A DNA stretch of 64,000 bases, from positions 1 through 64,000 of IMG/VR virus record IMGVR_UViG_3300035070_002626; one strand, 5' to 3'. The notes under the pieces were generated by a model. The model had not been told where the DNA came from, did not search any database, and saw only the letters and a list, made by a program, of their open reading frames with translations. Within the stretch, counting starts at the first letter, position 1. Every line of letters starts with the position of its first letter. The position numbers and the translations under genes were made by a program. Positions 19,651-27,308 of the stretch are shown piece after piece.

Positions 19651-20844
19651 TTAGAAAATTAATTTTGCAAATTCAGGAAAAGTTTTTTGAAAGTTTTCTT
19701 TGCGAATTTGATCCAACGCCCCGTTTACTTCTAGAAATTTGTCCCATTCGGCAGGATCCCTAGGTTGTTGGATAACATTAGTCAAGTCTTGGAATTCTTC
19801 GTCTTGACTGAGTTTTTCTATCACGGCTGTCTTTACCGATTCAGGCATGTTTTTAATAAACAAGTATGCCGGCTCGACCAGCAAATTCCAGTACGGTGGC
19901 AATGGCAGAATATTCATGATAGCTGCTTTAATTTCGGGTAGATAGAAAATGTTTAATACACCTACAGTGCAGATACAATCAATGTAGTATTTTACATTAT
20001 GCTCTTCAAAATATTTTTTCCAATCTGCGATATTGTTCTTAACAACTTCGTATTTTAACCCATGACGTATGTATTCAAAATGATCAGCAATACCGTCGAT
20101 GCTTACACCAATTTCAACTTCTTGGAAATGTTTAATATTTGGTATTTTGTGCACAATGTTAACACTGCCATTGGTATTGATGTATAATACAATATGAGAT
20201 GAGTGTCCAGTCTTTACTAATTGTTCAAGAAGTTTGATTACTTTTTTATTATACATAGGCTCGCCGCCGAATAATTCAAGACGCTTTAACCCAGGAGCCA
20301 TGTTGAGTATTTCTTCGAGTTGATCATCTGACCAATTTGTTGCAGCCTGATTGGTTACATAGTATTCTTTCCCGGTAAGTTTTTTTAGTTTTACGCTATC
20401 GGCTATCCAGCGATTGCTATCACCTGGATGACACACTCTACATTTAGCATTGCATATGTTTCCATTCTTGATAGTCAACACCTCTGGGCCACTGAGATAG
20501 TCACCGCTGTTAACTCGGTTAATTAATTCGTCAGCATATGTCTCGGAATCAATAAAAGAGTATTCACTTGTTGAATTAACTGGATCAAACAATCGCTGCC
20601 GCAAGCTTTTTTTATTGTTTTCTTCTTCGTGCCAGCAGCGGTTGCACACAGGGCTTTTTTTATTGTTAATAAAGTCCTGGCGCAGTTGTTCAATTTCGCT
20701 GCTACGCCATTGCTCTAGTATGCTGTTGCCTGATGCTTTCCATGTTGTGCCACCAAGATACGGGCAAGGGGAAAAGCTAGTTGACGGATGTGTAGTGCAT
20801 TGTATAAACGGGGCTACACAAAAATTCTCCGTCAACTTTTTCAT
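19651..20844 (-). CDS. Radical SAM protein with N-terminal twitch/SPASM-like Cys motif
   Basis: FCVAPF..PC..C..C N-terminus; CNAKCRVC; GGEP; TNGS; SIDG. Confidence 0.85.
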   Translation of the reverse strand: MKKLTENFCVAPFIQCTTHPSTSFSPCPYLGGTTWKASGNSILEQWRSSEIEQLRQDFINNKKSPVCNRCWHEEENNKKSLRQRLFDPVNSTSEYSFIDSETYADELINRVNSGDYLSGPEVLTIKNGNICNAKCRVCHPGDSNRWIADSVKLKKLTGKEYYVTNQAATNWSDDQLEEILNMAPGLKRLELFGGEPMYNKKVIKLLEQLVKTGHSSHIVLYINTNGSVNIVHKIPNIKHFQEVEIGVSIDGIADHFEYIRHGLKYEVVKNNIADWKKYFEEHNVKYYIDCICTVGVLNIFYLPEIKAAIMNILPLPPYWNLLVEPAYLFIKNMPESVKTAVIEKLSQDEEFQDLTNVIQQPRDPAEWDKFLEVNGALDQIRKENFQKTFPEFAKLIF

Positions 20845-20862
20845 TATATCAACCTTGTATTT

Positions 20863-20937
20863 TGGCATCCCGTAGGGGAATCGAACCCCTCTTGACGGCT
20901 TGAAAAGCCGTAGTCCTAACCGATAGACGAACGGGAC
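20863..20937 (-). tRNA. tRNA-Glu(UUC)
   Basis: Cloverleaf; anticodon arm ACGGC-TTTTCAA-GCCGT; GTTCGATTC T-loop; encoded CCA. Confidence 0.93.
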
Positions 20938-20940
20938 AAA

Positions 20941-21116
20941 TTAGGGGTGTATGTGAGTACCGCTTCAAAATAATCCTCTAGAGGTTACTCCACGCTTCCC
21001 ACTAACGACATACACTTGCCGGCATACTTGCATCGACCCTTTTTTTGTGACTGCGACATCACTTCAATCATATGGGATTTGGTAACCCATACTAGTTAGG
21101 AGCAACCTAACGTGTC
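20941..21116 (-). ncRNA. Candidate structured ncRNA between tRNA-Ser and tRNA-Glu
   Basis: No credible ORF; consecutive hairpins TTAGG/CCTAA, TATGGG/CCCATA, GTGA/TCAC and long-range GTGTATG/CATACAC. Confidence 0.4.
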
Positions 21117-21204
21117 TGGCAGACAGTGTGGGATTCGAACCCACGGAACCTTTCGGTTCGGCGGATTAGTAATCCGCTGCCTTCGACCACTCGGCCAACT
21201 GTCC
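21117..21204 (-). tRNA. tRNA-Ser with unusual ACU anticodon
   Basis: Class II cloverleaf with long variable arm; GCGGA-TTACTAA-TCCGC; G73; CCA. Confidence 0.88.
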
Positions 21205-21212
21205 ATTTATTC

Positions 21213-21287
21213 TGGCTCCGACGGTAGGGGTCGAACCTACGACCAATTGATTAACAGTCAACTGCTCTACCACTGAGCTACGTCGGA
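21213..21287 (-). tRNA. tRNA-Asn(GUU)
   Basis: TCCGACGTAGCTCAG...TTGA-CTGTTAA-TCAA...GTTCGAC...GCCA. Confidence 0.95.
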
Positions 21288-21300
21288 ATAACTTAATACT

Positions 21301-21329
21301 AATATAGTGGCTCACGTACCAAATGTCAA
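21301..21329 (-). promoter_or_regulatory. sigma70-type promoter for the tRNA cluster
   Basis: TTGACA-N17-TATATT immediately upstream of tRNA-Asn. Confidence 0.75.
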
Positions 21330-21347
21330 CCTCTATATTGCTTTTTT

Positions 21348-21938
21348 TTACTCTAATTCTAACTTTTTTATAGTCGCCAGCGGCAAACTAACTGGATGCT
21401 CGAAGCAACGTTTGGGAAATTCTTCTGGCAACGTTTCGATTAAGAAAGGAGTTTCTGCTGGTGACTGTCCCATTGGGCAACTACACTTTGCTAAGCCGTT
21501 CTTACCAATTTCGCAGTTCCAGCTAAAGCAATTGCTTGCATTGTAACCTTGCTTTAACTCACTTGGGCATTCTTGAATACTGGCTCGCATGTCTTTTTTG
21601 TTGTGAGAAAAATCATTTTGTTGGCGAGGATATTCGAAACGTGGCCAAAATGTGCTCCACACATGATTTTCATCTGTGGGTTCACATGAACCTTGCATGT
21701 TGCCTGCATTAACATCTGCTATGTTATTGCCTTTGAGAATTGGGCACGAGCATTCAACTTCCGGATATTCAACACCTTGACTGTTGGTAATTGTGCCGCC
21801 AGTTGGCACACATGCGCTAGCAGCACACAATGCAAACTGTCCATTACAAATAGTTAATCCGTCTGTGTCCTGTGCAAATGCAGGACTGGTTACAAATACA
21901 ATTGCAACAACTTGCAATAGCTTTTTAAAGAAATTCAT
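21348..21938 (-). CDS. Secreted cysteine-rich protein
   Basis: Signal peptide ending AFA-Q; 12 Cys in the mature region. Confidence 0.65.
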   Translation of the reverse strand: MNFFKKLLQVVAIVFVTSPAFAQDTDGLTICNGQFALCAASACVPTGGTITNSQGVEYPEVECSCPILKGNNIADVNAGNMQGSCEPTDENHVWSTFWPRFEYPRQQNDFSHNKKDMRASIQECPSELKQGYNASNCFSWNCEIGKNGLAKCSCPMGQSPAETPFLIETLPEEFPKRCFEHPVSLPLATIKKLELE

Positions 21939-21961
21939 TGTCAGTCTCCATGTTCTAATTA

Positions 21962-22219
21962 TTACACATAATTAGCCAGGTTATCTTCTTCTTCGTCTTT
22001 TTCTTCTTGATGCCTAGTGATGATTTCTTCCATTAGTTCACGACCAACCAACCCTTGTTCAATTTCGCGAAGTGCTGTCATAGCTTTGTTGCCCGGCTTG
22101 GTAATAAGTGGAGGGTCGCCGCGACCAATTTGCCGTGCACGTTCTACTGCAATCACAATGAGATCATATGGCGATCCACCAACGTTTTTGCGGCCTTTAT
22201 TGTTACTGATTCGAGCCAT
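21962..22219 (-). CDS. rpoZ: RNA polymerase omega subunit homolog
   Basis: MARIS...YDLIVIAVERARQI...K..TALREI..G, omega consensus. Confidence 0.85.
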   Translation of the reverse strand: MARISNNKGRKNVGGSPYDLIVIAVERARQIGRGDPPLITKPGNKAMTALREIEQGLVGRELMEEIITRHQEEKDEEEDNLANYV

Positions 22220-22300
22220 GGTATTCTCCTAATTATATGTCGTTACTAACTGCATACACAATCTAGAATCTCCAGACTGTGTATGCTTGTTTATAGTATT

Positions 22301-22329
22301 AGTATATAGGTTAGTAAATAATATGTCAA
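22301..22329 (-). promoter_or_regulatory. sigma70-type promoter upstream of rpoZ
   Basis: TTGACA-N17-TATACT. Confidence 0.75.
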
Positions 22330-22357
22330 CCATTATTGTTGACATTAGCGCAAATAA

Positions 22358-22627
22358 TTAGGCTGCGTCTTTGCCTTTTCCGCCAGATACAGTGCGTAGA
22401 TTGCTGCTTACAAAGCTGTACAGCTCGTTGGCTTTTTCAACAATCTCTTCTGGCTGATACATTTTAGGTGTGAAATCAGCCCAAAATTCGGCAATATCTT
22501 TGCCTTGCTCTTTCCATACGTCAAGTGCTTGTTTTGTAAAAGACTCTTGCATTTCAACTTGTTTGTCCAGCATGTCTTTTGCCATCTTTAGTGTTTCAAG
22601 GCGGATTTCAAATGGGTTCTTATTCAT
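22358..22627 (-). CDS. Hypothetical phage protein (NPFEIRLE.LKMA type)
   Basis: ORF with AAGGA RBS. Confidence 0.65.
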   Translation of the reverse strand: MNKNPFEIRLETLKMAKDMLDKQVEMQESFTKQALDVWKEQGKDIAEFWADFTPKMYQPEEIVEKANELYSFVSSNLRTVSGGKGKDAA

Positions 22628-23214
22628 GATATTTTTTCCTTTGTGTGTGTCATGTGTGTTTTAATATAGTCTACTACTCGTTGTGATTGCACAATTTCGT
22701 AGTGATTGCGGTCCACTGTTGCGTATTCTACATCATCCCTGCATGTCATACTGGAACGAGTAACCACACCGTCATTTTCCCCAACCAACCATGGTACATC
22801 TCCTACAGTGGTAACAATCTGCATCCATGGTATGTCGATATTTATCCCCTTGCTTGTTGAGATAAATTTACTTCTTGATGTTATATCTTTGAACAACTGA
22901 TAATGCGGAACAAACAATGTGCTCCATGCAGCTATTTCACTGCCATTAAATGGTGTTGCCAAACTTATAGCACCTACACTGTTTGGTATACAATTTTGCA
23001 AATGCACTCCGTATATACCTCCCAAACTGTGTGTTATATAATACACTGGTTTGTTAATGTTTGTCAACCTATTAATCATACGATCTAGATTATTTTCTGC
23101 ACTATCTTCCTTGTCATAATCAAGATATATTGGATCCATTGCTTGAATGCTTTGCTGTATATAAGCAAAACTTCGATTGCTTGCAGTTGCGCCGTGTATG
23201 TAAACTATTTGCAT
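22624..23214 (-). CDS. Alpha/beta hydrolase (lipase/esterase-like)
   Basis: YIHG, HSLGG nucleophile elbow, ATPFNGS, NDGVV, NH. Confidence 0.85.
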   Translation of the reverse strand: MQIVYIHGATASNRSFAYIQQSIQAMDPIYLDYDKEDSAENNLDRMINRLTNINKPVYYITHSLGGIYGVHLQNCIPNSVGAISLATPFNGSEIAAWSTLFVPHYQLFKDITSRSKFISTSKGINIDIPWMQIVTTVGDVPWLVGENDGVVTRSSMTCRDDVEYATVDRNHYEIVQSQRVVDYIKTHMTHTKEKIS

Positions 23215-23234
23215 CTAATATTTAGCCAGTAATA

Positions 23235-23256
23235 AAGGGGCGCCGAAACGCCCCTT
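23235..23256 (-). terminator. Intrinsic terminator downstream of the porin gene
   Basis: AAGGGGCG-TTTCGG-CGCCCCTT followed by TATT. Confidence 0.7.
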
Positions 23257-23285
23257 GGTGCCGTTGTTTTTATATTTTTAAATTC

Positions 23286-24104
23286 TTAGAATTTAAAGGA
23301 TAGGCTTACTTTTGGTGTTAGGTCTTCAGTGTTAAGGTCATAGTTGATGCCCGATGTTAATTCAGCACCTGCGAAACCCATTACATGCTCGCCGCCAATG
23401 TTTTGACTCATGTCATCTTCGTCACCGTTGATGTATGCTGTGAGACCATTATCAGCATTTACCGTACCCTCGTATGCCCAATGATTTGCATCATTGTCAT
23501 ATGTGAGTAGACTACCCAATTCTAGTGATCCTGCATTAATTCCGGAAAGTTCACCGCCCCATACATAGTTTTTACTTGTACGGTTATAATCTACACTTGC
23601 TGTTACGTCTGCAATACCTGCATCCATTGTGTATGCACCTTGTAGGTTGCTTACTTCTGCAATGTCTGTTGTGTAGCTGGAAAGACCAATTGCTACACTT
23701 GCTGCACCTGATGTTACCATTAGTGACTCGGTCATTGCTGGTTTTGTTAGTGTACCAGTAGCACCTGCAGCCGCTGTTGTTTCTGGCATTAGGTTGTTGT
23801 TGTCACCAAATGCTAGGTCGAGACCGTTTACTGTAGTTCCTACAGTCCATGTGTCTAATGTCAATGAATTGCCGTCTGTTGCTTTAAAGTCTAGGTCAAC
23901 AGTTGCAACATCGCCTGCATCAATGTCTAGTTCAACACCCATTGTGCCTTTGTATTTGTTGCTTCCGTTTTCAGCAAAGTCAAGATTTATTGCACCTGAC
24001 AATACTGGAGCAACCGGAGTTGCTGTGTCTTCTGCTAGTGCAGATGTAGCAATCATTGCAGCTACCGTTGCTAGTACGAATGTACGCATTTTAAATTTCC
24101 TCAT
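23286..24104 (-). CDS. Outer-membrane porin-like beta-barrel protein
   Basis: Signal peptide (ALA-E); acidic, Gly/Ala/Thr-rich alternating strands; C-terminal VSLSFKF BAM signal. Confidence 0.65.
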   Translation of the reverse strand: MRKFKMRTFVLATVAAMIATSALAEDTATPVAPVLSGAINLDFAENGSNKYKGTMGVELDIDAGDVATVDLDFKATDGNSLTLDTWTVGTTVNGLDLAFGDNNNLMPETTAAAGATGTLTKPAMTESLMVTSGAASVAIGLSSYTTDIAEVSNLQGAYTMDAGIADVTASVDYNRTSKNYVWGGELSGINAGSLELGSLLTYDNDANHWAYEGTVNADNGLTAYINGDEDDMSQNIGGEHVMGFAGAELTSGINYDLNTEDLTPKVSLSFKF

Positions 24105-24239
24105 AATTAATGATTTTCTCGTGAGCAGGATTCTCTTTTGCTCAACGTATTAATTATGTAGACCTAACCTGTAAAAATGCAAAATCCAGCGATTTTGTAA
24201 TAAGATAAAATGAGAATGTCACATTGCTGCAACACTCTC

Positions 24240-24520
24240 TTGATCGTTCTGTTGCTAGGTGATCCACCCCGGGAGCCTAACTAGGCTGCCATTGCCATTT
24301 CTGGCGCTCTATTTGCGTTTGCATTTAGAAAGTTTGTTCGCGGTAACGGCGCTTACATCCCGGTAACTCCACTCTGCTATCTCGTCAGTCGATCCTAGTT
24401 CTGCCCCATCATAATTACTCTACGCCGTAAATTTGTAGTTTTTACGCTACAAAGTAATTATGGTGGAGCAGCGCGGTACTGCCCCGCGGTCCTGTCCGTA
24501 TTCACATCACTTCAACGTTA
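24240..24520 (-). ncRNA. ssrA: Two-piece (circularly permuted) tmRNA, alphaproteobacterial type
   Basis: Acceptor piece ends ...CGCGGGGCAGTACCGCGCTGCTCCACCA at 24461; intervening spacer 24408-24460; coding piece starts GGGGCAGAACTAGGATCGAC at 24407; tag ANANRAPEMAMAA* at 24322-24281; 3' CTAGCAACAGAA. Confidence 0.92.
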
Positions 24521-24527
24521 CAATCTA

Positions 24528-24556
24528 TTTATACACTAGTATTAGTTGTTTGTCAA
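24528..24556 (-). promoter_or_regulatory. Promoter for tmRNA
   Basis: TTGACA-N17-TATAAA. Confidence 0.7.
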
Positions 24557-24703
24557 CCTATTTTTTAAAGGTTCAATTGCTGCCGTTGCTTGACTGCGAT
24601 TCCAATTAAACTTCTTCATAGCATCAGCATATAGTTGTTCGTTGTCCTTGGATGCAACAATAAGTCCACGCAAGAAGTTATCTATATCAATCCAATTGTT
24701 CAT
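24542..24703 (-). CDS. Small hypothetical protein (53 aa, MNNWIDIDNF...)
   Basis: Translated by hand; ATGA overlap with the upstream gene. Confidence 0.55.
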   Translation of the reverse strand: MNNWIDIDNFLRGLIVASKDNEQLYADAMKKFNWNRSQATAAIEPLKNRLTNN

Positions 24704-25140
24704 GCTGGACCACACAATTCAAACCCATCGAGATATTGTTTATAACTAGCAGCATCACCAAGGTACAAATGTTTGAATCCTTCTTGTTTGTAATAAGCAC
24801 AAATATAGTGCAGACTGCGAATACCCAGTCGTATTTTAGGTTTATGATATGTCCAAGCAAATTGATTTGCAGCTACATTTTTTGTATTATACCGAAACAT
24901 CAATGTAAACCCTACCATTACTTCGTTATCGTAGTATGCAAATACATCTGACTGTGGGTACAAGTATTCGTCACTGAACAGTGGCATAACACTGGGAAAT
25001 TTCTTGTACTGACAGTATGAGATATAAATTTTGTCAAGTTCGTCTGTGTTAAATGCTCGTATTAATCGAACTTTTAAGTCTATTTGCTGTATAGCATCCG
25101 GGCTGTAATTAGTTTTGTCTAAATCAATTCTGGCATGCAT
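24700..25140 (-). CDS. Aminoacyl-tRNA-protein transferase (ATE/Bpt C-terminal)-like GNAT-fold protein
   Basis: RLG..SL...C...K..G.KHLYLG...YK pattern resembles the ATE_C domain. Confidence 0.45.
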   Translation of the reverse strand: MHARIDLDKTNYSPDAIQQIDLKVRLIRAFNTDELDKIYISYCQYKKFPSVMPLFSDEYLYPQSDVFAYYDNEVMVGFTLMFRYNTKNVAANQFAWTYHKPKIRLGIRSLHYICAYYKQEGFKHLYLGDAASYKQYLDGFELCGPA

Positions 25141-25149
25141 GTTATACGA

Positions 25150-25566
25150 TTACTTGGAGGTTATAAACTCTCCATCCTGTATTTTAAATACTTCTACTTC
25201 GTGCGCACCACTACGGATATAAGCACGACCACCGTCAATCATCTTGTCTTCAATTACTTTGTAATCATGTCGATGCTGACTGTAATGATATTTACCATCA
25301 GCTTCAATCATGCCAAATGCCAATGCTTCAATGGTGTCGGCATTAGCAATTATTACATTTCCAGTAGCGTGAGGGTTTTTGTATAACCCGAAATAGTGAT
25401 TACCATATTCAGGATGCGGAGTGGCACGATAATAAACATCAGCTGCATATGTAGCATTTTTGTTGGTTGCACTTGTGCAAACATATTTTACTGTTACATT
25501 GTCTTTTTCAGAGTAGAGCTTTTCTATTTTTGCTGTATCGAAGATTGGTTGATGTTGGATATCCAC
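25150..25566 (-). CDS. Hypothetical phage protein
   Basis: GTG start after GGAG; YS.HRHDY...IDGGRAY; the listed N-terminal extension is a shadow frame. Confidence 0.6.
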   Translation of the reverse strand: MDIQHQPIFDTAKIEKLYSEKDNVTVKYVCTSATNKNATYAADVYYRATPHPEYGNHYFGLYKNPHATGNVIIANADTIEALAFGMIEADGKYHYSQHRHDYKVIEDKMIDGGRAYIRSGAHEVEVFKIQDGEFITSK

Positions 25567-25582
25567 CGTGCCACTCCGGCTG

Positions 25583-25747
25583 TTATTTTTTAGTCTTCTT
25601 AGCAGGTGCTTTTTTAGCTGCTGGCTTCTTGGCCACTGGCTTCTTAGCAGGTGCTTTTTTAGCTGCTGGCTTCTTTTTAGCAGGTGCAGGTGCTTTTTTT
25701 CCAAAAACACTGGCAATTTTGCTTGATAGTTTTTTAATCATACTCAT
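25583..25747 (-). CDS. Histone H1-like Lys/Ala/Pro-rich small protein (54 aa)
   Basis: MSMIKKLSSKIASVFGKKAPAPAKKKPAAKKAPAKKPVAKKPAAKKAPAKKTKK; AAGGA RBS. Confidence 0.75.
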   Translation of the reverse strand: MSMIKKLSSKIASVFGKKAPAPAKKKPAAKKAPAKKPVAKKPAAKKAPAKKTKK

Positions 25748-25789
25748 TTTTATTTCCTTGTATAGTATTACTATATTTAGTGCTGATTA

Positions 25790-25927
25790 TTATTCATCGT
25801 CATTAACTAAAAAGCATACTTTTACTACATTGCCTTTTTGTTTTTTAATAAGATACTCTAATCCATTGTCTTTGAATATTTTACGCAGATCTGCTGTACT
25901 GACTTCATTGAACGTTTGGGTACTCAT
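25790..25927 (-). CDS. Small hypothetical protein (45 aa, MSTQTFNEV...)
   Basis: Translated by hand; ATGA overlap with the SWIM gene. Confidence 0.5.
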   Translation of the reverse strand: MSTQTFNEVSTADLRKIFKDNGLEYLIKKQKGNVVKVCFLVNDDE

Positions 25928-26127
25928 GCTGATAACTTTTCTTCTACAGATTTTATATGCTTGCATTTTTTAAAAGCTGGACAATCGCAAGTAAAGCCTT
26001 TGTCCAACATTTCTATATTATAGATGTTACCTTTGCTGCCAACAGCATTCCACACTGTGTTAACCAACCAATGCTTTTTAGTATTGATGATCTCACTGGT
26101 GTAAACTTTTGGACCAAACTTTGACAT
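25924..26127 (-). CDS. SWIM zinc-finger protein
   Basis: FTCDCP...KCKHI. Confidence 0.78.
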   Translation of the reverse strand: MSKFGPKVYTSEIINTKKHWLVNTVWNAVGSKGNIYNIEMLDKGFTCDCPAFKKCKHIKSVEEKLSA

Positions 26128-26181
26128 ATTGCACCTCTATGTTATACGTTAATATAGCATATTAAAGACATGTTGTCAACC

Positions 26182-26424
26182 TTAATCGTAGCCTAGCACT
26201 GCAACTTTTTCACGTTCTTCTTCGTGTATTTCATTTAGCCTAAATTTGTAAGCTCGTTCAAACCCGTCCTCGTGCACAACATTTTCGTGATTACCCCAAA
26301 TTCTTTTGAAATATGAATCGTATAATTTTTTGATGGTTGTGTCTGATTCGGACTTGTCAATTAATTGGCCTTTGATGATCCAATTAAAACGGTTGGCTTC
26401 TTTACGTACATATGGACTGCACAT
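26182..26424 (-). CDS. Hypothetical protein
   Basis: ORF with RBS. Confidence 0.6.
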   Translation of the reverse strand: MCSPYVRKEANRFNWIIKGQLIDKSESDTTIKKLYDSYFKRIWGNHENVVHEDGFERAYKFRLNEIHEEEREKVAVLGYD

Positions 26425-26542
26425 GGTGGGACCTTTCCTTGTTGTATTTGTATTTACAACGGTTCCGCAATGTTAGCGTAAACTTGCACAAGTTATACCT
26501 GTTTAATACTGAATAATAAATACAGCACAAAGGATTTTTACT

Positions 26543-27037
26543 GTGAAACTATACACCCCATTCCAACTGTTTACACCCGAAGAATGTGAGCAAATTATTA
26601 AAGATACAGAAGAACTTGCTGAAAGTGATGGTATTGCCGGGGGGAAATATAATACTAGTATAAGAAATAATAAAATATTTTGGATAGATTATAAAGATAT
26701 TGAAAAGTTACGCAATCTTATGATGGATATCGAGGATTACAATATATCCTGGATACAAGAACCTATCCAAATTTCTAAATATGAAAAAGAGCAGTACTAT
26801 CACTGGCACACAGACCAATCAGTGGATAAAAGAACTAGCTCTCGAATACTTACACTAACATGCACACTTCAAACAGCGCCAGGCGCACATTTTGAAACAA
26901 GAGATCATACATTCGATCTACAGCAAGGCGAAGCAGTTATTATTCCGTCAACTGCCGAACACAGGGCGCTACCGCCAACCAGTGGCACACGCTGGGCGGT
27001 AACTGTTTGGGGTATGGGTGATAATCCTAATTTATAA
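26543..27037 (+). CDS. 2OG-Fe(II) oxygenase (prolyl-hydroxylase/PiuC-like)
   Basis: Y..WHTD (HxD), distal H-R..P...G.R....W. Confidence 0.85.
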   Translation: MKLYTPFQLFTPEECEQIIKDTEELAESDGIAGGKYNTSIRNNKIFWIDYKDIEKLRNLMMDIEDYNISWIQEPIQISKYEKEQYYHWHTDQSVDKRTSSRILTLTCTLQTAPGAHFETRDHTFDLQQGEAVIIPSTAEHRALPPTSGTRWAVTVWGMGDNPNL

Positions 27038-27041
27038 ATTT

Positions 27042-27129
27042 TGGAGTCAAGCCAGGGAATCGAACCCTGCCACAGCGGCGACTCGTGACGCCTAGTCGTG
27101 TCTATGCTGCTAGCAAACCTGCACTGACT
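27042..27129 (-). ncRNA. tRNA-like element with non-canonical D/anticodon arms
   Basis: Canonical T arm CAGGG-TTCGATT-CCCTG, acceptor-like AGTCA/TGACT and 3' CCA, but no 7-nt anticodon loop. Confidence 0.55.
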
Positions 27130-27308
27130 TATTTTATTCTTTTCCAATGTAATTCGCCATCCAACGGTAAACGCCCTCTGTATTCTACACCCGTTTCGTC
27201 GTCAATTAGTCGCCACTTACTTGGGCACTTGGTAATTACGTTAAGTTCAACAGCTACATCAATAGCGGGTACTTCTGTACCGTCTTGTAAAGTTCTAGTC
27301 AAGCTCAT
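27129..27308 (-). CDS. Small hypothetical protein (59 aa, MSLTRTLQDG...TKCPSKW..ID.ETG..Y)
   Basis: Translated by hand; GGAGG RBS. Confidence 0.6.
   Translation of the reverse strand: MSLTRTLQDGTEVPAIDVAVELNVITKCPSKWRLIDDETGVEYRGRLPLDGELHWKRIK

Noticed and set aside
25467-25973. 168-aa plus-strand ORF with FLAAG repeats, and the LKKHLLRSQ extension of 25150..25716
   Set aside because: Both are shadow frames of the Lys/Ala-rich gene at 25583..25747
27042-27129. Selenocysteine or opal-suppressor tRNA (UCA in the loop)
   Set aside because: UCA is off-centre in a 10-nt loop, and there is no Sec-type D stem, long variable arm or 13-bp acceptor/T geometry
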